Source: Polyangiaceae bacterium (lineage in GTDB: Bacteria > Myxococcota_A > Polyangia > Polyangiales > Polyangiaceae). Taken from it: DNA of 64,000 nt. The stretch covers positions 119,780 to 183,779 of the forward strand of contig JBILLK010000021.1 in the NCBI GenBank assembly GCA_044376115.1. Reading direction: 5' to 3'. Positions 43,639 to 53,638 of the stretch are shown piece after piece; position 1 is the first letter of the stretch, and each line of letters opens with the position of its first letter. A model generated the notes under the pieces. The model did no database searches, was not told the DNA's origin, and saw only the letters and a list, made by a program, of their open reading frames with translations. The position numbers and the translations under genes were made by a program.

Positions 43639-44718
43639 ATGAAGACGTACGGCGCAACCCTGACGCTCATTCTTTGCGCGGCGTGCACCGCCGGCACAGA
43701 CGACACGTCGTCAGCCACGTCGACTGGAGGGTCGGCCGGCCAAACGACGAACACGACGACGAGCTCGGGCGGCAGCGGCGCCGGCGGCAGCACGGCCTCC
43801 TTCATGGCGGGAGGCGGCGGCGCAGGCGGCAGCCTGAACTGTGCGACGGATGTTCCACCCACCACAGCGGGGCCGGAGGCGGTGCTCGCGCCAGAGTACG
43901 CTGGTCTCTACACCGTCTACGATCTCGGGACGGTGCCGGGAATGCCGCCGGGGCACCTCGGCGGGTGCGTCATCAAGCACGATGATCCAAACACGCTCTT
44001 GCTCGCTGGCGACTCCGAAACCTTGAGCGGCGCGATCTATCAGATCGGCGTCGAGCGCGGGCCTTGCGGCCACATCGTTGGCTTCGTCGGCTCGGCCACC
44101 CAGATCGCGCAGACCGAGTACGTCGACGCGAATCTCGTCTACGGCCCGAGCAACACGCTCTTTTACACGCAATGGCCCACGAACCAGATAAGTCAGCTAC
44201 TGCCGGGCGCTGCGTCCCCCGCCGCAACGCTCGCCGCAGCGACCATTGGTATCGGCGGTAAAGACAGCGTTTCAGGCTTCGGCTTCGTACCACCCAACCT
44301 GCAAGGGGCGGGGCAACCTCGGACGCTGACGTGGTCGAACGGAGATTGGTATCAAATGACGATGGAGGGCGCGGGGCCCACCTACCAACTGTCGAACGGC
44401 GTGCTCAAGACCACCCTTCCCAACGGGCCTGGTGGCTTTGCGTACGTACCGGCGGGCTCACCGGGGTTCGATCTTCAAAGTACGATCGTCGCGGAGTGGA
44501 GCACCGACTCGGTGGCCACCTACCAAGTCGACGCCGAGGGGGATCCGCTGGTTGCAACGCGGAAGCCATTCTTCACCACGTTCCCGCGGCCCTGGGGCGC
44601 CTACTTCGAGCCGGCCACCGGCGACTTTCTCTTTCTCACCTGGGGCTCTTTGCCCGACCGTGTGTACATCGTGCAAGGCTTTCTCCCTCCGCCGCCGCCT
44701 CCTCCACCCCCGGAGTGA
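43639..44718 (+). CDS. lipoprotein, probable beta-propeller
   Basis: CAAC lipobox, S/T/G linker, repeated beta-strand units, poly-Pro tail. Confidence 0.7.
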   Translation: MKTYGATLTLILCAACTAGTDDTSSATSTGGSAGQTTNTTTSSGGSGAGGSTASFMAGGGGAGGSLNCATDVPPTTAGPEAVLAPEYAGLYTVYDLGTVPGMPPGHLGGCVIKHDDPNTLLLAGDSETLSGAIYQIGVERGPCGHIVGFVGSATQIAQTEYVDANLVYGPSNTLFYTQWPTNQISQLLPGAASPAATLAAATIGIGGKDSVSGFGFVPPNLQGAGQPRTLTWSNGDWYQMTMEGAGPTYQLSNGVLKTTLPNGPGGFAYVPAGSPGFDLQSTIVAEWSTDSVATYQVDAEGDPLVATRKPFFTTFPRPWGAYFEPATGDFLFLTWGSLPDRVYIVQGFLPPPPPPPPPE

Positions 44719-44735
44719 AGCAGCGCCCTGCGGCG

Positions 44736-45761
44736 CTACAGCACGTAGCGTCCGCCGCGCAGCAAAGCGGCACCGTCGACGTTGAGATCGCCCGAGGTGC
44801 CGGCAAGCGCGAGGCTCGCCTGCGTGGTCCAGTTCGCGCCCGTGACGGTTCGGTTTGTCCACCCGAAGACGATCTGAAGCCCAGGCGCGCAAGCGTCGAC
44901 CATCACCTCGCCGATGGGACCGAGCACACCGGGGTTAGCACCGATCACGAGGTGACCGACCCGCTTCATGTGCTCTTCGCTCTCGAGGAAGGCCTCGACG
45001 TCCTTCTTCACGGCCTCGTTCGAGCAGGCGACGCGCTCGATGACGCCGCCGACGACCGTGAAGCTGACGGGGTTCGAGCGCAAATCACCGCTGCCGGCAA
45101 AGGCCACATTGCTGCTTGCATCGGCGACATAAACGCCGTCGACGGCTTCGCACAATGCATTGAGCTGCCCGCCCGGGAGGTTGCTGAACTTGCCCGGCCG
45201 AATCAGCTGCCCGCGCTCCGTCCAGCGCGCATCCGGTGGCATCGCGATCTCGAGTTGGGTACCGGCGGGCGTGCTGTAGCTGAGCTTGCGGGCGCCAGCG
45301 AGCTTGCGCCCCACGGCTTGCAGCATGTCCGCCACGCGCGACGCGTCGGCGGAGAAGCCTTCCACGAAGCCGCGTTGCGAAAGGCCGACCATATGCGCAT
45401 GGCGGACGCGGAGCTGCTCGGTGGCCACGACGAAAGCTTGGCGAATCGGCCGCGAGTGCTCGGTGCCAAGCAGGAGCACCGAAGCCTGCGCATCGGCTAG
45501 CAGCGCGAGCACATAGTCGAGCAGCTTGTCCTCACTCGGAAGCACAACGTCTTCGAGCACGACCAGCTGCGCGCGCGCCTTGAACTCCTCGGCGACGTCG
45601 ATCAGCGCCTGCGCGAGCGGGACGCGCGAACGATCACAAAAAACCACGAGCCGCTCGCCGAAGACGAGGCCGAGCGAACCGGAAACAATGCGTATCGCCG
45701 GGCTCACCAACGCGAAGTTGTTGCCGGTTTGGGACCGCCAGGACTGACGAGGCGTACTCAC
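44736..45761 (-). CDS. M29/aminopeptidase T-like fold protein
   Basis: TPAGTQL, NLPGGQ, VDGVYVAD, GHLVIGANP, LQIVFG, LNVDGAALLRGGRY pattern. Confidence 0.7.
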   Translation of the reverse strand: MSTPRQSWRSQTGNNFALVSPAIRIVSGSLGLVFGERLVVFCDRSRVPLAQALIDVAEEFKARAQLVVLEDVVLPSEDKLLDYVLALLADAQASVLLLGTEHSRPIRQAFVVATEQLRVRHAHMVGLSQRGFVEGFSADASRVADMLQAVGRKLAGARKLSYSTPAGTQLEIAMPPDARWTERGQLIRPGKFSNLPGGQLNALCEAVDGVYVADASSNVAFAGSGDLRSNPVSFTVVGGVIERVACSNEAVKKDVEAFLESEEHMKRVGHLVIGANPGVLGPIGEVMVDACAPGLQIVFGWTNRTVTGANWTTQASLALAGTSGDLNVDGAALLRGGRYVL

Positions 45762-45907
45762 TGCCTGGAAGGTATCTCAGCGCGAACGGCCTGTCAGGTG
45801 TCGGCCCGTGCTCGGGAGCGCGCGTCCCGACCGCTGGGTACCTGTAGGGCAATAACCGCGATGCCTCGACGCGAGCCTCGATATGGAGCAAGCGCACCCG
45901 CGTCGCT

Positions 45908-46474
45908 TCAATAGCCTCCCGTACCGGCGCTGCCTTTGAACGGCCCGGTGAGTTCGCTGGTGATCCAACCTCCGTAAAAACCACCGGGTTGCGGTCGGAC
46001 GCGTTCGCCCGCAACCCAAGCTTCGACTGCGCTGGCATAGAACGCGACGTGCCCCGCGAGCACCGCTGCTTCAGCGAACGGTTGTTCATACGACCAAGCC
46101 GCACGCGCGCGCGTTACCGCGCTTTCAGGCTCATCGACCACGACGTCGAAGTAGCTCGCCTCGCCCTTCCATTCGCAGCGCGAGCCGCCCCCAGCCCGAC
46201 GCAGACGCTTCATGTCGATGTCGCGACGCGGCAGGTAGAAGGTCGGAGGGTGCGAGGTCTCGAGCACGCGGATCGCCTCGCTGGTGCGAGCGATCTCCAC
46301 GCCGCTGAGACGAACGATCACCTCGCGCGCATCCGAGACGAGCGCTGGCGGACGCGGGTAGTCCCATACCGACTCTTGGCCTTCCCCAGGGACCTCGGCG
46401 AAGGGGGGACGCGAGGCGCCAGTGTTCGACCAGCCGCTGCGACCCAGCACGGCCCATGTCGGGAGCTTGCTCAT
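45908..46474 (-). CDS. DUF427 family protein
   Basis: ESVWDYPRPP, VLETSHPPTFYLP, SRCEWKGEASY, PQPGGFYGGWIT. Confidence 0.9.
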   Translation of the reverse strand: MSKLPTWAVLGRSGWSNTGASRPPFAEVPGEGQESVWDYPRPPALVSDAREVIVRLSGVEIARTSEAIRVLETSHPPTFYLPRRDIDMKRLRRAGGGSRCEWKGEASYFDVVVDEPESAVTRARAAWSYEQPFAEAAVLAGHVAFYASAVEAWVAGERVRPQPGGFYGGWITSELTGPFKGSAGTGGY

Positions 46475-46525
46475 CGCTGCGTACTAGCACGTGAGCCACG
46501 CAAGGCCTTCACGTAGGATGGCCGC

Positions 46526-47587
46526 GTGTTCGACCGACGACTCCCGATCGCAGGCGTCTTGCTCTTGTTGCAGCTCACGGCGTGCGACGACGCAGCCTCG
46601 GCGGCGGACGAGCCGTCGGGCCCTTCGTCTTCGTCTTCCGGCGGTGGCGGCGCGAGCTCTTCGTCGAACGGCGGAGCGCAGGCGCAGGGCGGCTCGTCGC
46701 AGGGCGGCTCGGCGGAAGGCGGCTCCACCCAAGGCGGCTCCGGTGTGGGCGGTGCACCCAGCGTGTTTCCCGAGCAATACGACCTCGGCACGTCGGCCGG
46801 CTGCGGCCTCGCCGCAACGCCGGGACTCGATGAGACGCTCTCGGTCACGGTCGAAGGAGCGACCCGGACCTACTGGCGCATGGTCCCCAACAACTACGAC
46901 CCGAACCAACCGCATGGCCTCGTGGTCGTGCTTCACGGCTCGGGTGGCAGCGGGCAGACCGCGTATGAGAAGTTCAAGCTGCAGAACCAAGGCGCAGGTC
47001 AGTTCATCTTCCTCTATCCGGACGCGCTCCCCGCCGAGAGCGGCGAACCTCGCTGGGAGACCGAGATGGATAGCGTCGACTACGCGTTCTTCGATGCGAT
47101 CGTGGCCAAGGCCGAAGAAGATCTGTGCATCGATCGCGATCGGCTATTCGTCACTGGCTTCAGCCTCGGCGCCCGCTTCACCTCGATGCTCGGTTGTTTT
47201 CGCGGGGACGTGATCCGCGCCATTGCTCCGGGTGCACCGGGCATGAACGCCGCGAGCCTGCCGCTCGTCGCCGAAACCGACGCTGGGCATTGTCGCGGCG
47301 AGGTCGGAGCCTGGGTCTTCTGGGGCACGCAAGATCCCGATCACCAAGCCGGCGCTGAGCTCGTGCGCGACTACTACAGCGCCACCAGCGGTTGTGATGC
47401 AACACGCACTCCGCTCGCGTCGCCCGCCGAATGCGAGGCGTACGACAACTGCCCTGCGCAAAGGCCCGTCACCTGGTGCAGCTACACCCTGAACCATCAA
47501 TGGCCCGACGGCCAGAACGTCGACTACAACGGCCAAAAGGCCGCGATGGACTTCTTCAAGTCCTTCCCAACGCCCTACCTGCCGTAA
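46526..47587 (+). CDS. PHB-depolymerase/CE1-like esterase lipoprotein
   Basis: LTAC lipobox; VVLHGSGG, LCIDRDRLFVTGFSLG (GxSxG), GTQD, NHQWP. Confidence 0.8.
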   Translation: MFDRRLPIAGVLLLLQLTACDDAASAADEPSGPSSSSSGGGGASSSSNGGAQAQGGSSQGGSAEGGSTQGGSGVGGAPSVFPEQYDLGTSAGCGLAATPGLDETLSVTVEGATRTYWRMVPNNYDPNQPHGLVVVLHGSGGSGQTAYEKFKLQNQGAGQFIFLYPDALPAESGEPRWETEMDSVDYAFFDAIVAKAEEDLCIDRDRLFVTGFSLGARFTSMLGCFRGDVIRAIAPGAPGMNAASLPLVAETDAGHCRGEVGAWVFWGTQDPDHQAGAELVRDYYSATSGCDATRTPLASPAECEAYDNCPAQRPVTWCSYTLNHQWPDGQNVDYNGQKAAMDFFKSFPTPYLP

Positions 47588-47614
47588 GCCCGCTGGTGCA
47601 GCGCTCGAGCCCGT

Positions 47615-50600
47615 TCAGCCGAGCGCAGGCGCTTGTTTGGCCAACGCACGACTCAGCATTCGCAACGCCACGCGCGCATCATCCGAGGTACGGAGCAGCT
47701 CGCCGTCGCGCGAATACTCCGCGACCATTTGCTTCGTCGCGTGGTGCGTGAGCTGGGCCGACTCGTGATTTCCGCCGCGCGTTTCCCGCCGCGCCCTCGC
47801 TAGCTCGACGTGGGCGAGGTGGATGCGGATCACATGCTGCAGCCACGGCGGGAGTTGGCCGCGTGGCTCGGCAAGCACCCGTTGCACCGAGGCGGCCTCC
47901 AACTGATCGAGGCTAGCGAGCGCCATCGCTTGCAACGCTGTAGCAAGCCTGAACGTCGCTGGCGACAGCTCCTGCGCGCGCTGGGGGCCCAGCTCGCCGA
48001 GAACCGCGAGCGCCTGCTCGTACGCCTCGGCATCGAGCCAGACCAGCGCGTCGTAGATCTTGAGGATGGCATGAAAGCGCCGATTGGACTCATGCGTCAT
48101 GAACGAGAGCGACTGCCCGTAGGCTTGATGGCTCCTTTGATGGTCCCCGCGCTCGAGCCAATAAAAGCCCAGAGCGGCGTTAGCGCGTGCCTTCACGAAC
48201 GGGATCTCGTGAGCCTCAGCAAAGGCAATGGCTTGCTCGAAGATCACGCGCGCCTCTTCACCACGCTGCAGCGACTGCAACACATCGCCGATGCGCAGCC
48301 GCGCGAAACCAGCCGCTGCGTACCAACCGACCTCGAGCAAGATGCCCTCCGCCTGCCGGCTCATCTCGAAGGCGTTCGCTTGATCGCCCCAACCAAAGTA
48401 GGCCAGCGCCTTGACCAGAATGAGCTCGCCGGCGAGCCCTCGGAGTTGAGGTTGAGACAGCCGAGGCAGCGTCTCATCGATCAGCTGCACCGCCTCCGCC
48501 CACTGGCCCAAGTGAACGAGTTGCAAGGCGTGAACACGACGGCTCCGCGCGAGCAGCCCGAGCTCGCCTGCGGCCCCCTGCTCGAGCGCACTTACGACCG
48601 CGGCCACATCTCTTTTGTGCAGGCCATCACCGTGCGGCCAATCATCCAGAGCGCACAGCGCCACGAGTCGGTCTTCGGGCGCAGCGGTCCACGGGCCCTC
48701 GGCGAACACACGGCCGCGCAGGATCGCGGCGAAGTCCTCGCGCTCCGCGTTGAGGAAGCGCGTCTCGCCTGAAGCACGCGTGACCTCGAGCAACGGCTTG
48801 GCCAGGTTGACGAGGTAGCCCGCCCAACCACGCAGGGCCGGCTCGGTCATCCGCCAATGTGCACGAAAGCCTTCGGCCCACGCGCGGACGATCAGCATCA
48901 GGCGAAACCGCGTGCGCCCGTCCTTCCACGAACTGCTGAGCAGCGAACGCCGCCGCAACGAGGCGATCAGGTCGACAGCCTTCTTGCGCGTGAAGGCCGA
49001 GTTCTCTTCCTTCGCCGTAAAGCGCAGCACCTCTTCGGCAGCAGCCAAAGAAAACTCCGACGGGAACACCGAAAGCGCGGCGAGCGCGCGTTGCTCATCC
49101 ACCGAGCAAAGGTCCCACGAGAGCTGCAATGCGCCTGCGGCGGTCGCCTGCTTCTTCGACTTTCCCGGCTCCTTCTCCTCGAGCAGACTAAGCACGTCGC
49201 GCATCCGCTCGCGCAGATCGCGCGGCGAAAGCCAGGCGATCTGGTTGGCCGCGAGCTTCACCGCCAAGGGGATTCGGTCGAGCTCCTCCACCAGCGCGTG
49301 CACGTCTTGGCCAAACGTTTCATCGGAGCCCAGCTGCGGCGAAAATTCCTGAGCGCGCAGGACGAACAGCTCCTCGGCCTCGGGCAGCGGGCCTAGCTCG
49401 AGCGCGAAGCTCGCGGGGATCACCAGCTGTTCGCGCGAGGTCACGATCCAGCGACTGTCGCCCACCGTCGACCACTGCTGCAAAAAACGCAGGCAAGCGT
49501 CGCTGATGCGGTCCACATCATCCAGCACGATCAGCAGCGGCGAGGTCGTCAGGATCAACTCCAGATAGCTGCTATCGCCCGGTGGAAAGCGGAGCAGCTG
49601 CGCCATCCTGTCGAGGAAGTCGGCTTCGCTGCTCACCTCCTCCAGCGGACAAAAGATCGGCGTGAAGCCAAGTGGACCGCCGACCTCGATCGCCGCGCGC
49701 CGCGCGAGCGCGCTCTTCCCGATGCCAGGACTTCCGGTCAGCAAGAGCACCCTGGACCCCTGCTCGAGAGCCCGCCCCAACGCACCGAGCTCCTCCTTCC
49801 GCCCGAGGAAGAGCTCCGCCTGGGCTTGCGCTGGATCCACCTGCACCGGCCGACTCGGCGCAGGAAGACCGTCTTGCGTCTCAGCGCGGCTCGGCCGCTC
49901 GGCAACGTCCGCCTCTTGTCCTTCCGATGATCGATCGTACGGCGTCAGCATCGTGATGCGAGCCGATAGCGGTGCCTCGAACAGAGCCGGATCAACCATG
50001 AACTCTTGCGTGGGTCGCGAGTCGATCGCCTCCGCATCCGCGCTCGTGAGCAACGTCGGTTGGCCGCGTTCCCATAGCGTCAACGCGCCGCTGAAAGGCT
50101 GCACATCGAAGTCGCGCGAAACAAAGCGCACGTGCTCCTGCGTCAACGCGACGGTGCCCAGCGGAGCCCGGCGCAGCAGGCTCGCGGCGGCCTCGAGGTT
50201 TCCCTCACCGCCCACCGAAACAGCGAACACAGCGTCTTGCACCACCGCCCGCAGCCGGCACGCGACCCTCGCCGCGGCCAAGACAGGGTGGACGTTCGCC
50301 GCCGGTAGCACCTCTGTGACGAGGGTTGAGTCGTCGATACGCATGAGACGTACGCCGCCTTTGCGCTGTAACTCATCGACGCTCGCCTTCGCGTCGGCCG
50401 ACGACGGGAGACGCAGCTCGAACAGGATGATGCCGAGCAGCGGGCTCGACGAGCGACGCGTTGGCTCGCCCCCGATCGCCGCGCTAGTAGCCCGCGGCGC
50501 GCCAAGCGATGCCAAGAGCTCGCGCGCCTTTGGACGGCTCGCTGGCGCTTTTTCCAACATGCGGCGAATCGTCGCGAGGTCGCTCGCGAAATTCGCGGCC

Positions 50601-51295
50601 GAGCGCGTGTAAAACGGCTCCTCATAGAGCACGCGCAAATAGGTCGAGAGCAGCGTCTCCGCGCGAAACGGCGCCACGCCGGTGAGCAGCTCGAACAGCG
50701 CGACGCCGAGCGCGAAGACGTCGCTCGCTCCAAACGGCGCAGCCTCGTCACGTAGCAGCTCGGGCGCGAGGCTGGCGGTCAGCTCCTGCGAGAGGCTCGA
50801 CGACGAGGTGTCCGGATCGATCTGCGCCGGCGGGACCAGCGCGAGATCGGCCAGCGAGACCGTCGCTGCATCATCGTCCGCGACATACAGTGCCTTGGTC
50901 GAAAGCGCACCGTGCGTGAGCTCGAGCGCGTGAAGGCCTGCGAGCGCCTCCACCGCCCGCCGCGCGACGAGCGCGCGACGTTGGGGATTGAGACCGGCCG
51001 CGAGCAGATGCTCGAGCGGCGCACCGCTCGGCAATAGCGAAGCAGCGTACAGATCGCCCGCCGGCGTCGCGCCGAAGGCACGCAGCTTCTCCACCCGTGA
51101 GGTCTGGATCTCGGAGAGCCGCCCAGCGACGTGCTCGAAATGTTCGACGCCGCTAGCGCTGACGTTGCTGTAGGTCCGAAGCCGTACCGACGTGGACTCG
51201 CGTAGGTCGACAGCCGCGTACACTGCGTAGCCACCGGTCCGCTGAAGACAATGCTTCACCCAATAGCGGCCGCCGATGACCTCACCACGCTCCAT
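47615..51295 (-). CDS. degenerate Ser/Thr kinase domain + STAND-type ATPase + TPR-like repeats
   Basis: LAPE, SDVFALG, LLTGVAPF kinase C-lobe; Walker A GSPGIGKS; Walker B LIVLDD; VTSRE, LDRIPLAVKLAA; C-terminal helical repeats. Confidence 0.8.
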   Translation of the reverse strand: MERGEVIGGRYWVKHCLQRTGGYAVYAAVDLRESTSVRLRTYSNVSASGVEHFEHVAGRLSEIQTSRVEKLRAFGATPAGDLYAASLLPSGAPLEHLLAAGLNPQRRALVARRAVEALAGLHALELTHGALSTKALYVADDDAATVSLADLALVPPAQIDPDTSSSSLSQELTASLAPELLRDEAAPFGASDVFALGVALFELLTGVAPFRAETLLSTYLRVLYEEPFYTRSAANFASDLATIRRMLEKAPASRPKARELLASLGAPRATSAAIGGEPTRRSSSPLLGIILFELRLPSSADAKASVDELQRKGGVRLMRIDDSTLVTEVLPAANVHPVLAAARVACRLRAVVQDAVFAVSVGGEGNLEAAASLLRRAPLGTVALTQEHVRFVSRDFDVQPFSGALTLWERGQPTLLTSADAEAIDSRPTQEFMVDPALFEAPLSARITMLTPYDRSSEGQEADVAERPSRAETQDGLPAPSRPVQVDPAQAQAELFLGRKEELGALGRALEQGSRVLLLTGSPGIGKSALARRAAIEVGGPLGFTPIFCPLEEVSSEADFLDRMAQLLRFPPGDSSYLELILTTSPLLIVLDDVDRISDACLRFLQQWSTVGDSRWIVTSREQLVIPASFALELGPLPEAEELFVLRAQEFSPQLGSDETFGQDVHALVEELDRIPLAVKLAANQIAWLSPRDLRERMRDVLSLLEEKEPGKSKKQATAAGALQLSWDLCSVDEQRALAALSVFPSEFSLAAAEEVLRFTAKEENSAFTRKKAVDLIASLRRRSLLSSSWKDGRTRFRLMLIVRAWAEGFRAHWRMTEPALRGWAGYLVNLAKPLLEVTRASGETRFLNAEREDFAAILRGRVFAEGPWTAAPEDRLVALCALDDWPHGDGLHKRDVAAVVSALEQGAAGELGLLARSRRVHALQLVHLGQWAEAVQLIDETLPRLSQPQLRGLAGELILVKALAYFGWGDQANAFEMSRQAEGILLEVGWYAAAGFARLRIGDVLQSLQRGEEARVIFEQAIAFAEAHEIPFVKARANAALGFYWLERGDHQRSHQAYGQSLSFMTHESNRRFHAILKIYDALVWLDAEAYEQALAVLGELGPQRAQELSPATFRLATALQAMALASLDQLEAASVQRVLAEPRGQLPPWLQHVIRIHLAHVELARARRETRGGNHESAQLTHHATKQMVAEYSRDGELLRTSDDARVALRMLSRALAKQAPALG

Positions 51296-51357
51296 AGGTC
51301 ATCCTCGCATGGCAGCACCGGCACCGATAGCGCACGGGCCTGCTATAGAAAGGCGCC

Positions 51358-51747
51358 ATGGCCAAGCTGATCGATTTTGTCCTGACTTTGGGTGAACACG
51401 ATTGGGATGAGGCGCAAATGGAGGACGAGCAGGCGGCTCGTGTGGAAGCGCTGCGACGGGTGAACGAAGAGGGCTGGCGCAAGGTGCCGGCCGGCAAGTC
51501 CAAGGAGCTCGCCGAGCCCGAGGCGCAAATGCAAGACCTGGCGAGCTTTCGCGCGCTTGCCGAAGCACAGCTTGAGGAGATGCTCGAGGGATCACCCTTT
51601 GTAGCGGAGGTCATCACGGCCGTATGCGACCGGGCTGCGGAGCTAATCAAGGCTAAGAACGCAACGCTTCGGGCGGGCTGGGCCTACGGCTTCGAGGGCA
51701 ATCACAACGACACCACCTTCCTGCTTCGCCTTTCGGTCCCGAGCTGA
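51358..51747 (+). CDS. hypothetical protein
   Basis: 129-aa acidic ORF with AAAGG upstream. Confidence 0.55.
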   Translation: MAKLIDFVLTLGEHDWDEAQMEDEQAARVEALRRVNEEGWRKVPAGKSKELAEPEAQMQDLASFRALAEAQLEEMLEGSPFVAEVITAVCDRAAELIKAKNATLRAGWAYGFEGNHNDTTFLLRLSVPS

Positions 51748-51802
51748 GTAGCGCTTCGCGCTTTGTGGGATCGATTCGCGCCCTCGCGACACCAACGGGG
51801 CG

Positions 51803-52309
51803 ATGAGGACGATCGACGCAAGAGGCCCACTGGTCGCGACCCAACTGCAACAACTCCTGGAGGCGCGTTGCCCCGGCGTCGCCGTAACCCACGAAGACGA
51901 AGAGCCCAGCGAAGGACGCTGGTCGCGCACCATCGAGCTGCGGCAGGGGCGCTGGATCGGCGTCGACATCGAGCTCCGCGAACAAGACGGAAAAACCACC
52001 ATCACCACCGAGACCGGCTCGCAAGGGGCCGCAGCGTTGATGCTGCTGGCGGTCGTCGTAGCGCTCGGCCTTTCGCTTGCGACAGGCGACTGGATTCTAC
52101 GATTGATCGGCGTGCATGGGCTGGCCACCTCGCTCACGGTCGCGCTTGGCACCTTCCCCTTCCTATTCGTCACCGTCCCCGCGGCCATGGCGGTCCAGAG
52201 CGCTCTCGGCCGCAGCGGAGTCGCCGAAAGCCAGCGGCTGCTCGTACAGGTCAACGCTCTGCTCGACGAGCTCGGGGCTCGCTCCACAGCTGAAGCCCCA
52301 CCGGCCTGA
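51803..52309 (+). CDS. hypothetical membrane protein (2 TM)
   Basis: Two hydrophobic segments. Confidence 0.55.
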   Translation: MRTIDARGPLVATQLQQLLEARCPGVAVTHEDEEPSEGRWSRTIELRQGRWIGVDIELREQDGKTTITTETGSQGAAALMLLAVVVALGLSLATGDWILRLIGVHGLATSLTVALGTFPFLFVTVPAAMAVQSALGRSGVAESQRLLVQVNALLDELGARSTAEAPPA

Positions 52310-52318
52310 CGAGCCAAC

Positions 52319-52381
52319 GCCGAGCCCGGCGCGACCGCCGACGAGCGGCCGCGAAGGCCGCTCCGCGGCGATGAGCTCGGC
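52319..52381. terminator. GC-rich stem-loop between convergent genes
   Basis: GAGCGGCC (52343-50) / GGCCGCTC (52356-63) perfect stem with outer arms GCCGAGC/GCTCGGC; no U-tract. Confidence 0.45.
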
Positions 52382-52818
52382 TACTTGCAGAGGTTCGCCT
52401 TCTGCTTCTCGCTCTCGTCACTCACGGTGAACACCGTATCGGTGCAGTTATTGCCCTTGCGGTAGCGGATCTTCGCCCCGGGCCGTACCGAATGGGTGAT
52501 CGTCGTGCTCGACGATAACTGGGTATAAAGCGCGTTGCCGTCGTCAACACAGTAGTCCACGGCCGAACCACAGTTGTTATAGAGGTCGAGCCATACCTGG
52601 GTAATCGGAGCCTTGGCCTCTGGCGGGGCCTCCGGCGGCGGCGAGTCATTGCTTCCTCCGTTCGCCGGTAACGTTGAAAGGCCCTCCGAGGGCTGCGAGC
52701 CGGAGGGCGTTGAGCCGGGGACGGCGGCCTCCGACGAGTTCGAGGCGGCGTTAGCCGCTGGCGTGGAACTGGAACAACCCACCAAAAGAATGACGGCAAT
52801 AGCGAGGTTAAAACGCAT
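52381..52818 (-). CDS. small lipoprotein
   Basis: MRFNLAIAVILLVGC lipobox; Pro/Ser linker; 4-Cys beta domain. Confidence 0.7.
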   Translation of the reverse strand: MRFNLAIAVILLVGCSSSTPAANAASNSSEAAVPGSTPSGSQPSEGLSTLPANGGSNDSPPPEAPPEAKAPITQVWLDLYNNCGSAVDYCVDDGNALYTQLSSSTTITHSVRPGAKIRYRKGNNCTDTVFTVSDESEKQKANLCK

Positions 52819-52956
52819 GGTGCACCGGTTGTGTCCGCGGGGCCGGAATCGATCCCCTCGCCTTCGATTGTGTGACCGCGGGAGGTTCCCCGCCCGCACG
52901 GTTGGCTCGCAATTGGCGCTGCTACCAGCGCGAAGCAGCGCTAGCCTCGAGCACCG

Positions 52957-53478
52957 TTGGCGACCTTCGATACCCTCAATGCCCGTAGCGTGGCTTGCCC
53001 TGGTTGCGACAATACGGTCGACGTCTCGATTGTGACGTATTTGTTCAGCCCTTTCGGGACGTCGTTCGATCTCTATCTAGGTCAATCCGTCCAGCGCGAA
53101 GGCTTCGACGCCAAGGAGTTCTTCGTCGAAGAAAGTCTGAGCGACGATTGCTTGAGAATGCGTGCCGCTACGCAAGAGCTGGGCATCTCCATTCTCTTCG
53201 ACCGTATCGATATCGATCCCTGTCGCTGCGGCGCCGCACTAGCCCCGCTGGTTACGCTCGAGATCACCCAGGCTTTGCCTCGGGGTGACGGCGAACACGC
53301 CATTCGTCTTGGCCTGCGGGGGATCGAATTGGTCGACGTGTTCCAGCTTGCGTCCCTGCGTAAGGTCGACTTCGTGCACTACGAGCGCCTCGCGCAGCTC
53401 GCGCCCGACCTTTCGTTGCTGCCCTATCCGGCGCGCGTCGATCGCCTGTCGCAGCTCTACCGAAGTCCAATCAGGTAG
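52957..53478 (+). CDS. hypothetical protein, possible Zn-binding (CPGC...CRCG)
   Basis: Two Cys pairs; TTG start. Confidence 0.5.
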   Translation: MATFDTLNARSVACPGCDNTVDVSIVTYLFSPFGTSFDLYLGQSVQREGFDAKEFFVEESLSDDCLRMRAATQELGISILFDRIDIDPCRCGAALAPLVTLEITQALPRGDGEHAIRLGLRGIELVDVFQLASLRKVDFVHYERLAQLAPDLSLLPYPARVDRLSQLYRSPIR

Positions 53479-53510
53479 GCTCTAAGCGGCGCGCACACGA
53501 CTACGGAAAC

Positions 53511-53556
53511 AGCCGCCGACGCGAGATCTCAAGCAACGATCTCGCCTGGTTCGGCT
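53511..53556. terminator. stem-loop between convergent genes
   Basis: GCGAGATC (53521-28) / GATCTCGC (53538-45) with outer AGCCG/CGGCT. Confidence 0.4.
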
Positions 53557-53638
53557 CAGGCTCTGAGAGCTGCGCCGTCACCTCAGCGACGACGGGCTTT
53601 GAGCCTTGGCCGCGACCTTCGGAGCTGGTTCAGCCGAA

